Assembly: GCF_004010195.1 (NCBI RefSeq) | Contig: NC_057720.1 | Location: 30,500,927-30,564,926, forward strand | Direction: 5' to 3' | Length of the DNA: 64,000 nucleotides | From: Chiloscyllium plagiosum | Lineage: Eukaryota | In this document: piece by piece, positions 51,828-64,000 of the stretch | How the letters are laid out: the number at the start of each line of letters is the position of its first letter | Numbering within the stretch: position 1 is the first letter of the stretch | The notes under the pieces: model-generated | Told to the model about the DNA's origin: nothing | Seen by the model: the letters and a program-made list of their open reading frames with translations, nothing else | Database searches by the model: none | Translations under genes and position numbers: made by a program

Positions 51828-53790
51828 TGCACAACCACCTGAAGGAGCAGCATTCCAAAAGCTAGTGCTTCCAAATAAGCCTGTTGGACTATAACCTGGT
51901 GTTGTGTGATTTTTAAACTTTGTACACCCCAGTCCAACACCAGCACATCCACATCATGACTACCATCGATACCACTAAGTGCCGGCTTAAAGCGGAGAGG
52001 ATCTCCAAGAAGATCGCACATATCGACACAGACATCAAGTTTCTACAGAAACGCAGGAAAGATCCAAAAGGATTGCGCATCATGAACCTACGACACAGAC
52101 TACGTGGAGAGACTGCCACTACATGGAGAGAAACTCCTATCATCTCGTGCACCAACTCTACAGCAGGCGCCACAACCTTGTAATTAATATGGTGTCTACA
52201 CTCTCAGCCTGCACTCATGATACAGCAGCACAGTTATGGAACATTGCCAAACAGGCAAGGTAACAAAACGACACCATGTATCTGCACACCAAGAACAAGA
52301 AACTGGAGAAACTTGGCATCATCACCAGCAGTAGCCAGGCCCACCCTGGCACGACAGTGGAAAACATTATCACTGCGGGGAAGTCGATCATCAACTTATC
52401 AGGCCACATCCTTCAACCGGAAGAGTTTGAGGTTCTTAGCAGGGTCTCAATTTCTGCCCCACCATCAAAATGGATGCCACTGGCCTTGCAGCAGACACTG
52501 AGGAATTCATCAGATGAATGAGACTCCGGGAATTCTTTCAAGATGCCAGCAGTGATCCCAATGAGCCCACTGAGGAACTAGAACAGTCATCACAGAGATT
52601 CACAGAGATCCATAGAGGAGCGACCAAAGAAGAAGGTGTCAACTTGGACCCCACCGGACGGCCGCTGCCCTGGGCTTGACATGAATGTTCAAATCATCAG
52701 TAAATATATAAATGCCAGATTCATTAGCCGCACCCACAGGGTAGAGCAAAACATCACCTGATCACAATGCAATGCCATCCATAACATTGTCACCAAACCA
52801 ACAGACAAAGTAGGAGCCATCGTCATTCAGAACAGATCGGACCACTGCAAGGAAGTATACCGACAACAACCCGGAACACTACATGTAACTAACAACCCAT
52901 CCAACCCAAGAGCACACCCATGAACTAAACACATTGATTAGCACTTTGGATCCAGTCCTTCAGAGTTCCCTGTGTGCCCGCATCCCACACACTTCTAAAG
53001 TTAGCGACTTCTACTACCTTCCGAAGATACACAAAGCAACACACCAGAACGCCCCATCATAACAGGTAATGGGGCCCTGTGTGAGAACCTCTCTTTATCA
53101 CAATGGACGTTTCAGCACTCTACACCAGCATTCCCCACAATGATGGCAACACTACAGGTGACCTCATTGCACTATATACACACACACACACACGCACACA
53201 CTCCTACAGACCCTCTTTCATAAGCTCACACATAAACTCCCACACACACCCTCTCACAGACTTATACCCCTTTACACACACAGACACTCACAACTCCCCC
53301 ACCCCCTGACACACATATAAGTTTGCGGGGTGAATTTGTACTTGCAGAATTGCATTTTACTTTGCTTAAAAACTGCATGAATCCACGTAAGATTCTGTAA
53401 ATCTGTTTTTTAGATTAGGATCAGTCAGACAGCCTCACACAGGGCACCTCACACCTTCAATACATTATCTGGGCTGACATGACACCAATCGTTAAAGTTC
53501 ACTTGAGAATGTAACTTTTAAGAAAGGTTTTGCAACTTACATATGAAAGAACTGAAACCAACGTGGTCATTCTAAAAGATGAGACACTTAACAAACAATC
53601 CAAGTCTTTTTCAATATATAATTTCAGTTACATCACACTGTAAACCTTTGCTATAAACTCTGTGTCTTACGACCTTATACTCCACAACCACTTGATGAAG
53701 GAGCAGCGCTCAGAAAGCTAGTTGTACTATAACCTGGTGCTGTGTGATTTTTAACTTTGTACACCCCAGTCCAACACCAGCATGTCCAAA
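51828..53790 (+). mobile_element. Degenerate, internally deleted Penelope-like element (second family) flanked by direct terminal repeats
   Basis: Direct repeats at about 51828-51955 and 53680-53790. Interrupted ORF with PKGLRI, INLSGHIL..EVLSR, DKVGAIVIQNR, YLPKIHK and MDVSALYTSIPH motifs typical of the PLE N-terminus and RT. Confidence 0.8.
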
Positions 53791-54604
53791 TCTTGTTTAT
53801 GTCTGGGGTCATACTAGGACTGGGCGGGGGCACTGGTCTGATGCGGGCCTGCACACTGTGACCCAGTGGGCCCACTTGACTTGCACCCGGCCTACCTTGA
53901 CTTCCAGCTTCAAAACCTGCGAGAGCCATTGCTCCAAGAAGCTGACAAGCAAGCCTTCCTCCTCCTGTTCAGGAAGCTCCACCAAATGGATATTCTTCCG
54001 ACGACCTCAATTTTTGGGTCATCGACCTAATCCTCCAAGGTCCGTACCTGCCATTTCAAGGCCTGGATCCCGACCTGCCAAGGATTCTGCCGCGGCCTAT
54101 TGCTCTGCCCCCTCCCCCCGGCCACCGACACACTGCCCGAGCCTCTGGATCTCCTGGTCATGCCTCGGAGATCAATTCAAGCTTGGCCCGGGTCTCCTCC
54201 ATTGACAAATCAATCACCTCTCGGAGTTTCACGAATTCCGAGATCAGGTTGTGCTCCATGGGGGAGTCCCCTGGGCAATCGCGGAGGCTGATGCTGCGGC
54301 CATGGGTGCGTCTGATGTTGTGAGGTGGGGGAGTTCCCTGCTTGATGTGATCCTCGCGTTCCCTTCCCTTTGATCATTTCTTAATAATTTCAAACTAATA
54401 CTAGACAATTCTAGGGGTCAAAAAAAAGTTATTTCCAGCACATTAGGTGATGGGGGTGGGGGTTGGGATTGGGGTGGGGTGTCCCACATTGTCTGGGTGC
54501 TGGTGCAGAGCTCAGCAAGGCAAACATACTGGGTTGCCACCATCTTGAATCTCCCAGAGATGTATGTCTGAGGCCGCTATAAGGCTCTGGTCAGACAACA
54601 TATG

Positions 54605-55680
54605 GTCATAGAGTCATAGAGATGTACTGCACGGAAACAGACCCTTCAGTCCAACTCGCCCATGCTGACCAGATATCCCAACCTAACCTAGTTCTATTTG
54701 CTAGTACTTGGCTCATATCCCTCTAAAACCTTCCTATTCAAATGCCAATCCAGATGCCTATTAAATGCTGTAATTGAACCATCCTCCACCACTTGCGCTG
54801 CAGCGCATTCCACACATGCACCACCCTTTGTGTGAAAAAGTTGCCCCTTAGGTCCCTTTTATATCTTTCCCCTCTTGCCCTAAACCTATGCCCTCTAGTT
54901 CTGGACTCCCCCACTCCCGGTGACACAGTGGTTAGCACTGCTGCCTCACAGCGCCAGGGACCCAGGTTCCATTCCAGCTTAGGGCGACTGTATGGAGTTT
55001 GCACATTCTCCCAGTGTCTGCGTGGGTTTCCTCCAGCTGATCCGGTTTTCACCCACAATCCAAAGATGTGCAGGCTAGGTGAATTGGCCAAGCTAAATTG
55101 CACTACCACCTTACCATGTGAAGGTTAGGTGCATTACTCAGGGGTAAATATAGAGTAATAGGGTAGGGGAATAGGTCTGGGTGGGTTACTCTTCGGAGTG
55201 TCGGTGTGGACTTGACTGACCTAACGGTCTGTTTCCACAGTGTAGGGATTCTACGTGTGATGTCTGAGGAGTCTGGGTCTATATGTGATGGAGTTTAGAA
55301 GGATGAGGGTGGATCTAATTGAAACTTACAGAATAGTGAATGGCCTGGACAGAGTAGACGCTGGGAAAGTGTTTCCATTGGTAGGAGAGACTAGGACCTG
55401 AGGGCACAGCCTTCGAGTAAAGGGAAGACCTTTTAGAATGGAGATAAGGAGAAACTTCAGCTAAAGAATGGAGAATCTATGGAATTCACTGCCACAGAAG
55501 GCTGTGGAGGCCAGGTCATTCAGTATGTTTAAGACTGATATAGATAGGTTCTTGATTATCAAGGGTTACAGGGAGAAAGCAGGAGAACGAGGTTGAGAAA
55601 TTTATCAGCCATGATTGAATGGTGGAGCATACTCGATGGGCTGAATGGCCTAATTTCTGCTCCTGTGTCTTATGGTCTTA
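54605..55680. mobile_element. CR1 tail fragments flanking an HE1 (54605-54918 on -; 55270-55680 on +)
   Basis: RTRGH and WNSLP-like motifs. Confidence 0.75.
54919..55253 (+). mobile_element. HE1 SINE
   Basis: Head, central domain and tail all recognisable. Confidence 0.85.
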
Positions 55681-56316
55681 TAATCAAACACCCCTCCCAC
55701 CCACTTGTATGCCTTGTTCTATCACCCTACAATCTGTATATCTTTGTTCATTATGATCTGCCTGGATGGCATGCAAAACAAAATTTTTCACTGTACTTAG
55801 GTACATGTGACAACAATAAATCAAATCAAATTCTGTCAGGACACAGCACACGAAACCTTGCCCCCAGCAATGCCTGCCTGTCCCCCCCCCCCTCAAAAAA
55901 CCAGATCCAACACCGCTCCNNNNNNNNNNNNNNNNNNNNNNNNNNNNNNNNNNNNNNNNNNNNNNNNNNNNNNNNAGAGAGAGAGAGAGAGAGACGGAGA
56001 CAGAGACAGACAGACACAGTCATTTGGATAAGGGTGCCTGTTTAATCACTGTAAGCAAAAGACACGATCACTGTTGGAAACACATCTTAGATGTAATGCT
56101 TCAATCAGGACCTTGAGAGCTCCTTTGGATAATCTGATTTTCGGATAATCGAGGTTCCTCTGCATAGGACAGGTCATCTTTCTCGACACCTTCTCTGTAG
56201 CTGTGACACTATATTCTGCATTGTATCATTACCCTGAAGTACTTATGCTTGCCTAGATAGCACACAAAACAATACTTTTCACTGTATCTCAGTACATGTG
56301 AAAATAATAAATCATA

Positions 56317-56635
56317 GGGCAGCACAGTGGCTCAGTGGTTAGCACTGCAGTCTCACAGCACCAGGGACACGGGTTCGATTCCAGCCTCGGGCAACTGTCT
56401 GTGTAGAGTTCGCACATTCTCCCCGTGTCTGTGGGGGTTTCCTCCAGGTGTTCATATTTCCTCCCACAGTCCAAAGATGTGCAGGTCAAGTAGATTGGCC
56501 ATGCTCAATTGCCCATAGTGTAAAGTGCATTTGTTAGAGGGAAATGGATCTGGGTGGGTTACTCATCAGAGGGTCGGTGTGGACTTGTTGGGTCAAAGGG
56601 CCTATTTCCACACTGTAGGGAATCTAATCTAATCT
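56317..56635 (+). mobile_element. HE1 SINE
   Basis: Head, central domain and (taatc)n tail. Confidence 0.88.
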
Positions 56636-56699
56636 CAAATCTGTAACATAGGTTCCGAATTTGGGAAGAGGGACTGTGTGATTCTTGAGCAGATCAACA

Positions 56700-58640
56700 G
56701 TGAGTGGAGTCACCAAGTATTGGAGGTTTTGGTGGGCTGAAAAGTGAACATGTCCAGGTGAATTAAATCCCGGACTGCTGTGAGAGTGAGAGAGGAGGTT
56801 ACAGGGCCCTAACACAAATTTTTAATTCTTCTTTGGCCTCAGGGGAGGTGTCAGAGGTCTGGAGGACAGATAATGCGGTTCCACATTTTAAGAAGGGTGA
56901 TAGAGTTAAGCCAAGGAATTTCAGACCAGGGAGTCTCACTTCAATGGTAGGGAAACCGCTGGAGAAAATTCTGAAGGAGAGAATTTATCTGCACTTTGAT
57001 AGGCGAGGTTTGAACAGGGATAATCAGCATAGCTTTGTCAGCGGGAGGTCATGCCTAACAAAATTGATAGAATTTTGCATACAGTACATAGGTGAGGGCA
57101 GCAAGGTTAATCCGTTTATACGGTTTTCAGCAAAGCTTTTGACAAGGTCACATGTGAGAGACTGATAAAGATGGTTAAGGCACATGGGATCCAGGAGAAC
57201 TTGGCAAGCTAGATCCAAAATTGGCTTACTGATAGGAGTCAAAGGGCGGTGGTGGAAGGCAGCTTGTGAAACTCAAGGCTGGCGTCCACAGGGATTGTTG
57301 CAGGGATGATGGTCCCATCTAAACAATATAGATGAGAATGTTTTGGGGTTTTTTTTGGGGGGGGGGTGGGGAAGGGTATTAGTGGTGGTGTTGGGGAGAA
57401 GAGAGGATAAGTACATTGGTGGATGATACAAATATTGGCCAGGTGCTTATTAGTTAGGACAAAGGTCTTAGGTTACAGGAAGGTGTAGTTGGGTATGCAT
57501 GATGGGCAGATCAGCAGCATTTAATCCTCAAAAGTGAGAGCTGATGCATTTTGGAAGAAGGGACAAGGCAAGAACGTACTCACAAAATGGCAGGACACCA
57601 ACAAGCTCTGAAGAAAGGAGAAATCGTGGGTGCTTGTTCACAGGTCCACAAAGGACAAGTTAATAGAGTAGTTAAAAAGGCATACTACACATTTGCCTTT
57701 CTCAGTCGTGGCAATGGAACATAAGAGCAGGAAGGTTATGTTGAAGGTGTACAAAACTTTGATTATGCTCCAGTTGAAGTACTGTGTGCAGTTCTGGTCA
57801 CCACACTACAGAAGGATGTGATTGCACTGGAGGAAATACAGAGGACCCCTCAGGATGTTACCTGGATTGCTGCATTTTTGTTGCGAGGTTAGGCTAGATA
57901 GGCTCAGTTTGAATTCATTCATAGAATCCCTATAGTGTGGGAACAGGCCCTTCGGCCCAGCGAGTCCACACCAACCCTCCAAAGAGCAACCCACGCTGAC
58001 CCACTCCTCCACCCTACCATTCTACATTGCCCCTGATTAATGCACCTAACCTACACATCCCTGAAGACTATGGGCAATTTAGCATGGCCAATTCATCTGA
58101 CCTGCACATCTTTGGACTGTGGAAGGAAACCGGTGCACCCAGAGGGAACCTACACAGACACGGGGAGACTTATACAAACTCCACAGACAGTTGCCCGAGG
58201 CTGGAATCGAATCCGGGTTCCTGGTGCTGTGAGGCAGCAGCGCTAACCACTGAGCCACCGTGCCACATTGCTTTCTTTAGAACAAAGGCGGCCGATGGGG
58301 TGAACTGATAGAGGTGTACAAGACTGAGGGGTGTCAGCAGGATAGATAGAAAGCAGCTGTTCCCCATATTTGAAGGATCAATAATGAGGGGACATCGTTT
58401 TAAGGCGAAGGGCAGGAGGTTGGCAGGGGCTTTGAGGAAAACATATTTTACCCAGAGGGCGGTGGGAGTCTGGAAGGCACTGCCTTGGAGGGTAGTTGAG
58501 GCAGAAAACCTCAACTTTTTAAAATACTTGGATGAGCACTTGAAATGTCTAACATTCAAGGCTATGGGCCAAGTGCTGGAAAGTGGGATTAGTGCAGACT
58601 TGATAGGTTAAATGGCCTCTTCTATGCTGTATGACTCTGA
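56700..58640 (+). mobile_element. Old CR1 ORF2 fragment
   Basis: WRTDNAVPHFKKG..PRNFRPGSLTS, GRSCLTKLIEF and YFTQRAVGVWKALP motifs. Confidence 0.82.
57912..58266 (-). mobile_element. HE1 SINE nested in a CR1
   Basis: Reverse-complement match; the CR1 sequence continues on both sides. Confidence 0.88.
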
Positions 58641-60899
58641 GCATGAAACCTGTGGATTCTGCTGCTAGCACAACATTACATCTTATATGAAATACTGGGG
58701 ATCAAGTATCAGCCTCAACAGTTCACAAAATCCTCTATAGGTGAACATTTTCCCAAACATAATCTTGCACATCCACCCACATACCATGCATCTCACTAAA
58801 GCCAGTAATTCAATCTGTAAGGAAGGACAAATTAAATGCTTGCTTGTTTGCAAGTGCTTGAACTGCAACTAGTGATCAAAGGAGGATTTTATGGGGTGCT
58901 GAGATGTAGTTTTTAACCATCTGATGGAGGATATATAATAGTGAGCTCATTTTGCAAAAACCACTATTTGAACACACAACACAACATGAAGTTCATTCAA
59001 ACCAATGCAGTTGGAATTCCCTCTCTTGTTCACTTGGCTTGTGGAGACTCGTGTCGCCAGGACATGACAGTTCTCCCAGCCTACTCATGGTTTTGATTGG
59101 CTTTCAAAAATCGAACGAGAAACAAAACACAAATTAGATACGAAATAGTAATCACCCTGTGAACCTGGACTTGTAAACCTAAACTTTATGCAAATGCTGT
59201 CAGCTAAAGCACGCAAGATAACACTTTTCACTGTACCTCAGTAAACGTGACAGTAATAAATCAAATATGCCTATGTTAAGATTGTATGCCAGGCTCCACC
59301 TCAAAAACAAACTGATTCCATTCAATGTTCGGATGTTCATACATAGCAGCAAAGTGACCTTAGCTTTGAACTAATGGAAAACAAGCGCCATAAATCTGAA
59401 ATTAGGATCTCGGATTCCTCCTGACCCTGATTTGTAGAATGGAGTGACAGTACAGGCAGTTCACATCGTTTAGCTGTGCAGAAGATTACGTAAACTTCTT
59501 GCATAATGTTAAACATTAGATCCCCCCACCAGCCAACTCTGTTAAGTTCAATTTAATCATAGCAAAGAAAATGTTTACACCCTGCTGTCCGTACATTTTT
59601 ATTTTTAAAGTGTTGAGAGACACCACACACTTTCTCTGGGCATAACTAGCCAGGCAGCAGCAGTAGAAGCCTCAACACCAAAACCATCAACAATTTCTGC
59701 TCGTCGGCCTGGAGGGAAGCTATAGACAGCAACCTGATCTCCCTCAAACAGGAGATTTGAAAGAAAAAAATATCTAAACAAAAAAAATCTAACATTCTCA
59801 GGTTTGAGAAGCTTGCTCAATTAACAGGAGAGTGAATAAGAATCTTTGAAATCTTTTAACATCAGCAATTAGGACATTATCAACTCCCTGATCTCATGAG
59901 TTGAATTTGTTTTTATTTTTTCATGGGATAGGGGCATCGCTGGCTAGGCCAGCATTAATTGTCTATCCCTAATTGCCCAGTTAAGAGCCAACCACATTGC
60001 TTTGGGTCTGGAATCACATGTAGGCAGACAAAGTAAGGATGCCAGTTTCCTTCCGAAAGGACATTAGAGAATCAGATGGGTTTTTTCAAATTCCACCATC
60101 CGCTGTGACAGGATTTGAAATCCCAGAACATTATCTGGATCTCTGGATTAACTGTCCAGCAATAATACCACTAGGCCATTCCCTCATTACATTTTTAAAA
60201 AAGTTAATATACACACAAGATGATGTCAACACATCTTATCAAACTGCAAAAAGATGCAAACCTATTGCTTAGGAGCACTCTGTTCAGACACTCAATTCCA
60301 GTGAAGTATCACCCTGTCTTTACTTTAAATAGTATTATTCAACTGATGAAGTCACGAGCACTGCCTTTCAATGACTTTAATGCAAAGTTGCCAGAAACGG
60401 GTCTCTCTATTTCTCCAAAAGACTTGGAGAGACAGGTTAACTCACTGACCATTCATCACTGAGCTTGGAGAAAAGATCAGGGATATTTCCAGTCTTTCGA
60501 CTTGTGACTGTTAAACTCGTTTCTTTCCAGCTCGGAAGGCCCGGAAAATACTGAAACAAAACTGCCCTTCTAGTGGTATAGACCCTTTCCTTCTTCAGAA
60601 TGGAATCTGATTGTGTTCCCTTGCTTCTCTTTCTGTAGGTCATAAAAAACTAAGATAGTAAAACTTCAGCAATAACCTCACTGGGCAGCTTAAATCAGAT
60701 ATGTGACTGGAAATGTTGTTTTGAACTCGCTGTTCAAAATGACCTATTTTTAAAAAAAGTCATCTTCACAGAACTATAACCAAAACTCCATTTAACTCTA
60801 TCTTAGAATCAAAGTTCCCCAATCATAAACTTTCATTACACTTCCCCCACTTACCTCAAACAACACTCATTTGTCTCTCTCCTTCCCTCCTGATATAGC

Positions 60900-61115
60900 A
60901 GTTAGCTCTGTGGGCTGAATGGCTGGTTTGCAATGCAGAGTGCTGCCAACAGCATGGGTTACATTCTCACACTGACTGAGGTTACGATGAAGGATTCTCC
61001 TTCTCAGCCTCTCCCCTCGCTTGAGGCATGCTGACCCTCTGGTTAAACCATTGCCACCCAGTCGTGCTCCCTAATGAGAGAACAGCCCTCTGGGCCATTT
61101 GGACTTGGGTAATTT
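60900..61115 (+). mobile_element. Unclassified tRNA-headed SINE (related copies at 38610-38830 on - and 22355-22460 on +)
   Basis: Three dispersed similar copies in the window (ctgaggttac..tgaagga.tctccttctca.cctct.ccctcgc.tgag). Confidence 0.6.
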
Positions 61116-63387
61116 TAACTTTGTTTTACCTTCCATCCCTACACATGACAGTAGTAACATGTGCTTGACAGGGACCCTCTTCACCTCAAAAAACTAGACG
61201 ATGGTCAACCCAAGAGGTCAGCAGCCTGCTTCCACTGCAGATGGCAGTGAAGGGCAGCACCATCGGAAACTAATGAAGAAAGCACACAAAACAGACTTGG
61301 AGTTCACTCGTGTAAGATTTTAAAAGTGTTAAATGCAAATCTACATTGTGTGTTTTTCAATGAATCTATTACATGTCCACCAGTAAATATGAGTGTCTCA
61401 GTCACTGAGGAAGATGTACCATATCCAAATGGCTTTTTTTCCACTCTGTAAGTAAGGCAAAGCTTCCATGGGTTATGGGGAGAAGACAGGAAAATGGGGG
61501 TGAGGAGCATATCAGCTATGATCGAATGGCAGAGCAAACTCAATGAGCCAAATGGCCTAATTCTGCTCCTATATCTTATGAACTTCTGACCCTCTATCAT
61601 GATGCCTGACACTGCCACTGTGAATAGACGTTTTAAACAGATCCAGCATCTGAAGCCTGGACATCCACGAGATATTGTGGGCCATCAACATAAGCAATAT
61701 TGTATTCAACCGCAGGACTCTACTCTACATTATAATCAACCCTGGTACAACAATCATGCAAGAGGCCACACCAGAATCAACATCAGGTATATCTAGACAT
61801 GAAGTATCATATGAAAGTACAACACAGGACTACTTGTGTGTCAGACAGAAGAAGCAGTGTGAATTAGACAGAGCCGAGTGATCCCACAACCAACAGATCC
61901 AAGCTCCGCATCTATTCATGAATGGTGTTGGAAAATTAAATAACTAAAACTAATATCAGCATCCTCATCGATGAACAGCCCAGCAAACAAACAAGGCTGA
62001 ATGAAGCATATGCAAGCATCTTCAGTCTGAAGTGCTGAGTGAATGAAACCATCTTGGTTTCCTCCTAAGATCCCAGTCTCACAGATGCCACTCTTCAGGC
62101 AATTCAATTCACTCCACAATAATACCAATTAGCACTGGATACTGCAAAAACTATAGGCACCAACCACATTTCAGCAATAGTACAAAAGACTTATTTCTTC
62201 AGAACTAGCAGCACTGTCAACATCTGGGGAAACCAATGACCAGAAGCTGAACTGGGCCGGTGATATAAATAATGTGGCTACAAGAAGGTCAGAGGCTAAT
62301 AATTCAGTAATAAGCACTCACTTCCTGTCTCCACTATGCTTGTCCGCTATCTGCGAGGCACAGATCAAGAGTGTGATGGAGATCTCCTCACTTGTCTGGG
62401 TGGGTGAAGATACACACAAGAAGCTCAATGTCATCCAAGACAAAGCCCCCCATTTAATTACACCCATCCATTATCTTTATCAATCACTCCCTTCACCACT
62501 GACATACAGTAGCAGCAATACATACTATCTACAAAATGTACTGCAACAACACTCCACAAGGAAAAACCTGATAAGACTTCCAAACGACACATTATGGTCT
62601 GAGTCATCTCGCATGAGTTGTAATTTTGGGTTCAGGTCATTTTGAGTAGAATTGTAGTAGTTCTTTTTAATCAACCTGTTTGGACATGTTATGAAACACC
62701 TTAGCAGCAGGTGGGACCTGAACCTCGACCTTCTGGCCCAGAGAACATAAGAACCAGGAGCAGGAGTAGGCCCGTCTGGCCCTTCCAGCCTGCTCTGCCA
62801 TTCAATAAGATCATGGCTGATCTTTTCATGGCCTAAGGTCTACTTATCCACCCTCTCACTATAACCCTTCATTCCTTTACTGTTCAAAGAAAAGGTCGGA
62901 GCATGCACCACAATAACAAATCATCTTACATACTTTGAGATGAACACCAGTACATTCATTTCCCCAAGATTTCTCTGACAGCACCCTCCAAACCTGTACA
63001 CTCTATTAAACTGGAAGTGCAGCTGAACACCACCTGTAATTCACACACCACTCTAACTTGGAACTATATCACCATTCTTTCAGTATGGCTGTGTCAAAAT
63101 CTTGGAAAATCCCCTCTGAGAACACATGAACTGCACAGGTTCAAGGCAGCAGCTCAGACCACCTTCTGAGCAACTAGAGATTAGGCGATAAATACTGGCA
63201 CGGTCACCCATGCCCACATTTCATAAATAGTCTTTTTAAACAAAGTGGTGGAATAAAAATAGCTTTCCATTGCTCGTAGTTTGGACAAATGTTTCTCTAT
63301 CTCTCTGTTCAGCCCAGAGAGGATACTATCCCCCATGGTCTGCGATATCTCTGTATCTCGTTGATTCAGTTCCTGCAGCCTACATCC

Positions 63388-63419
<32 letters not shown>

Positions 63420-63505
63420 CACACTCACTCACTCCCTCTGACTCAGTCCTCTCCATTCTTGGTATATATACAGATTCGGGTGTCTCTCTCTCTTTCTCTC
63501 TCTGA
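63388..63505. repeat. (TG)n/(TA)n and (TC)n microsatellites; polypyrimidine tract at 63885-63950
   Basis: Directly visible. Confidence 0.9.
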
Positions 63506-64000
63506 GAGTATGATCAACATCTGCAGGGCGTGGTTTTAAATTCAAGCTGTTTGTAATTAAACAAGAAAATACTCCTCTGAGCTGGTTCTCCAAGATTCGC
63601 TCACTCTTCAATCTCTCTGACATTTCAACCCCAGTGAAGCAAGCATTTTGTTCCTGCACTAAAAAGATCTTTCTTTCAAAAAAATCAGCCGGCTAATTGT
63701 AAAAGTGCCAAATTCTAGCGGCCCGAACGAATTCAGTTAAAGCTTGCTTTTATTTCTCGTCCGAATCTCAACAGCACAGCGCCTTACCAGCTTGAAAATT
63801 CCTTATCATTTCACATGGCGTTGACACAATGGTTTCTTTGCTGAATTTAGTCAGTTTCAGGAGAAAAAAAACAAGTCACACGACCCCACTCCCTCCCCTC
63901 CCCTTTCCTCTCCTCTCCTCACCCCTCCCCTCCCCTCTCTTCTCTCCTCATAGCTTTCCCTGCCTCTGCATATCACATTTCCTGTTGAAGGTTACTGCTG

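Noticed and set aside
53790..54490. GC-rich block, 150-aa ORF and G-run tract (possible G-quadruplex)
   Set aside because: The ORF starts in a PLE repeat and has low-complexity composition; likely an unclassified repeat with no evidence of function.
60437..60643. Unique-looking 68-aa ORF with a splice-donor-like end
   Set aside because: No recognisable protein similarity and no partner exons.

Overview
Repeat-dense, AT-rich eukaryotic DNA from a cartilaginous fish (inferred from abundant HE1-type SINEs and HER1/CR1 LINEs), with four assembly gaps. It holds one apparently intact minus-strand SLC16 (monocarboxylate transporter) gene with four coding exons (37780-37531, 34648-34505, 29982-29179, 26311-26091; 472 aa, all GT-AG, all phase 1). 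Downstream is a tandem pseudogene copy with exon 1 broken by a Penelope-derived insertion, exons 2 and 4 frameshifted and no recognisable exon 3. The rest is mostly transposable elements: CR1 LINEs, HE1 and Deu-domain SINEs, a fossil Gypsy element, a solo LTR and several Penelope-like element (PLE) families. The most notable signal is a set of minimal hammerhead ribozyme motifs (CTGANGA-A-stemII-GAAA-palindrome-UH) in three divergent PLE terminal-repeat families. They mostly sit in short (about 115-235 bp) insertions, often fold-back hairpins with 12-16 bp target-site duplications, whose truncation or inversion points cluster at the ribozyme. All calls are by eye; no database searches were run.
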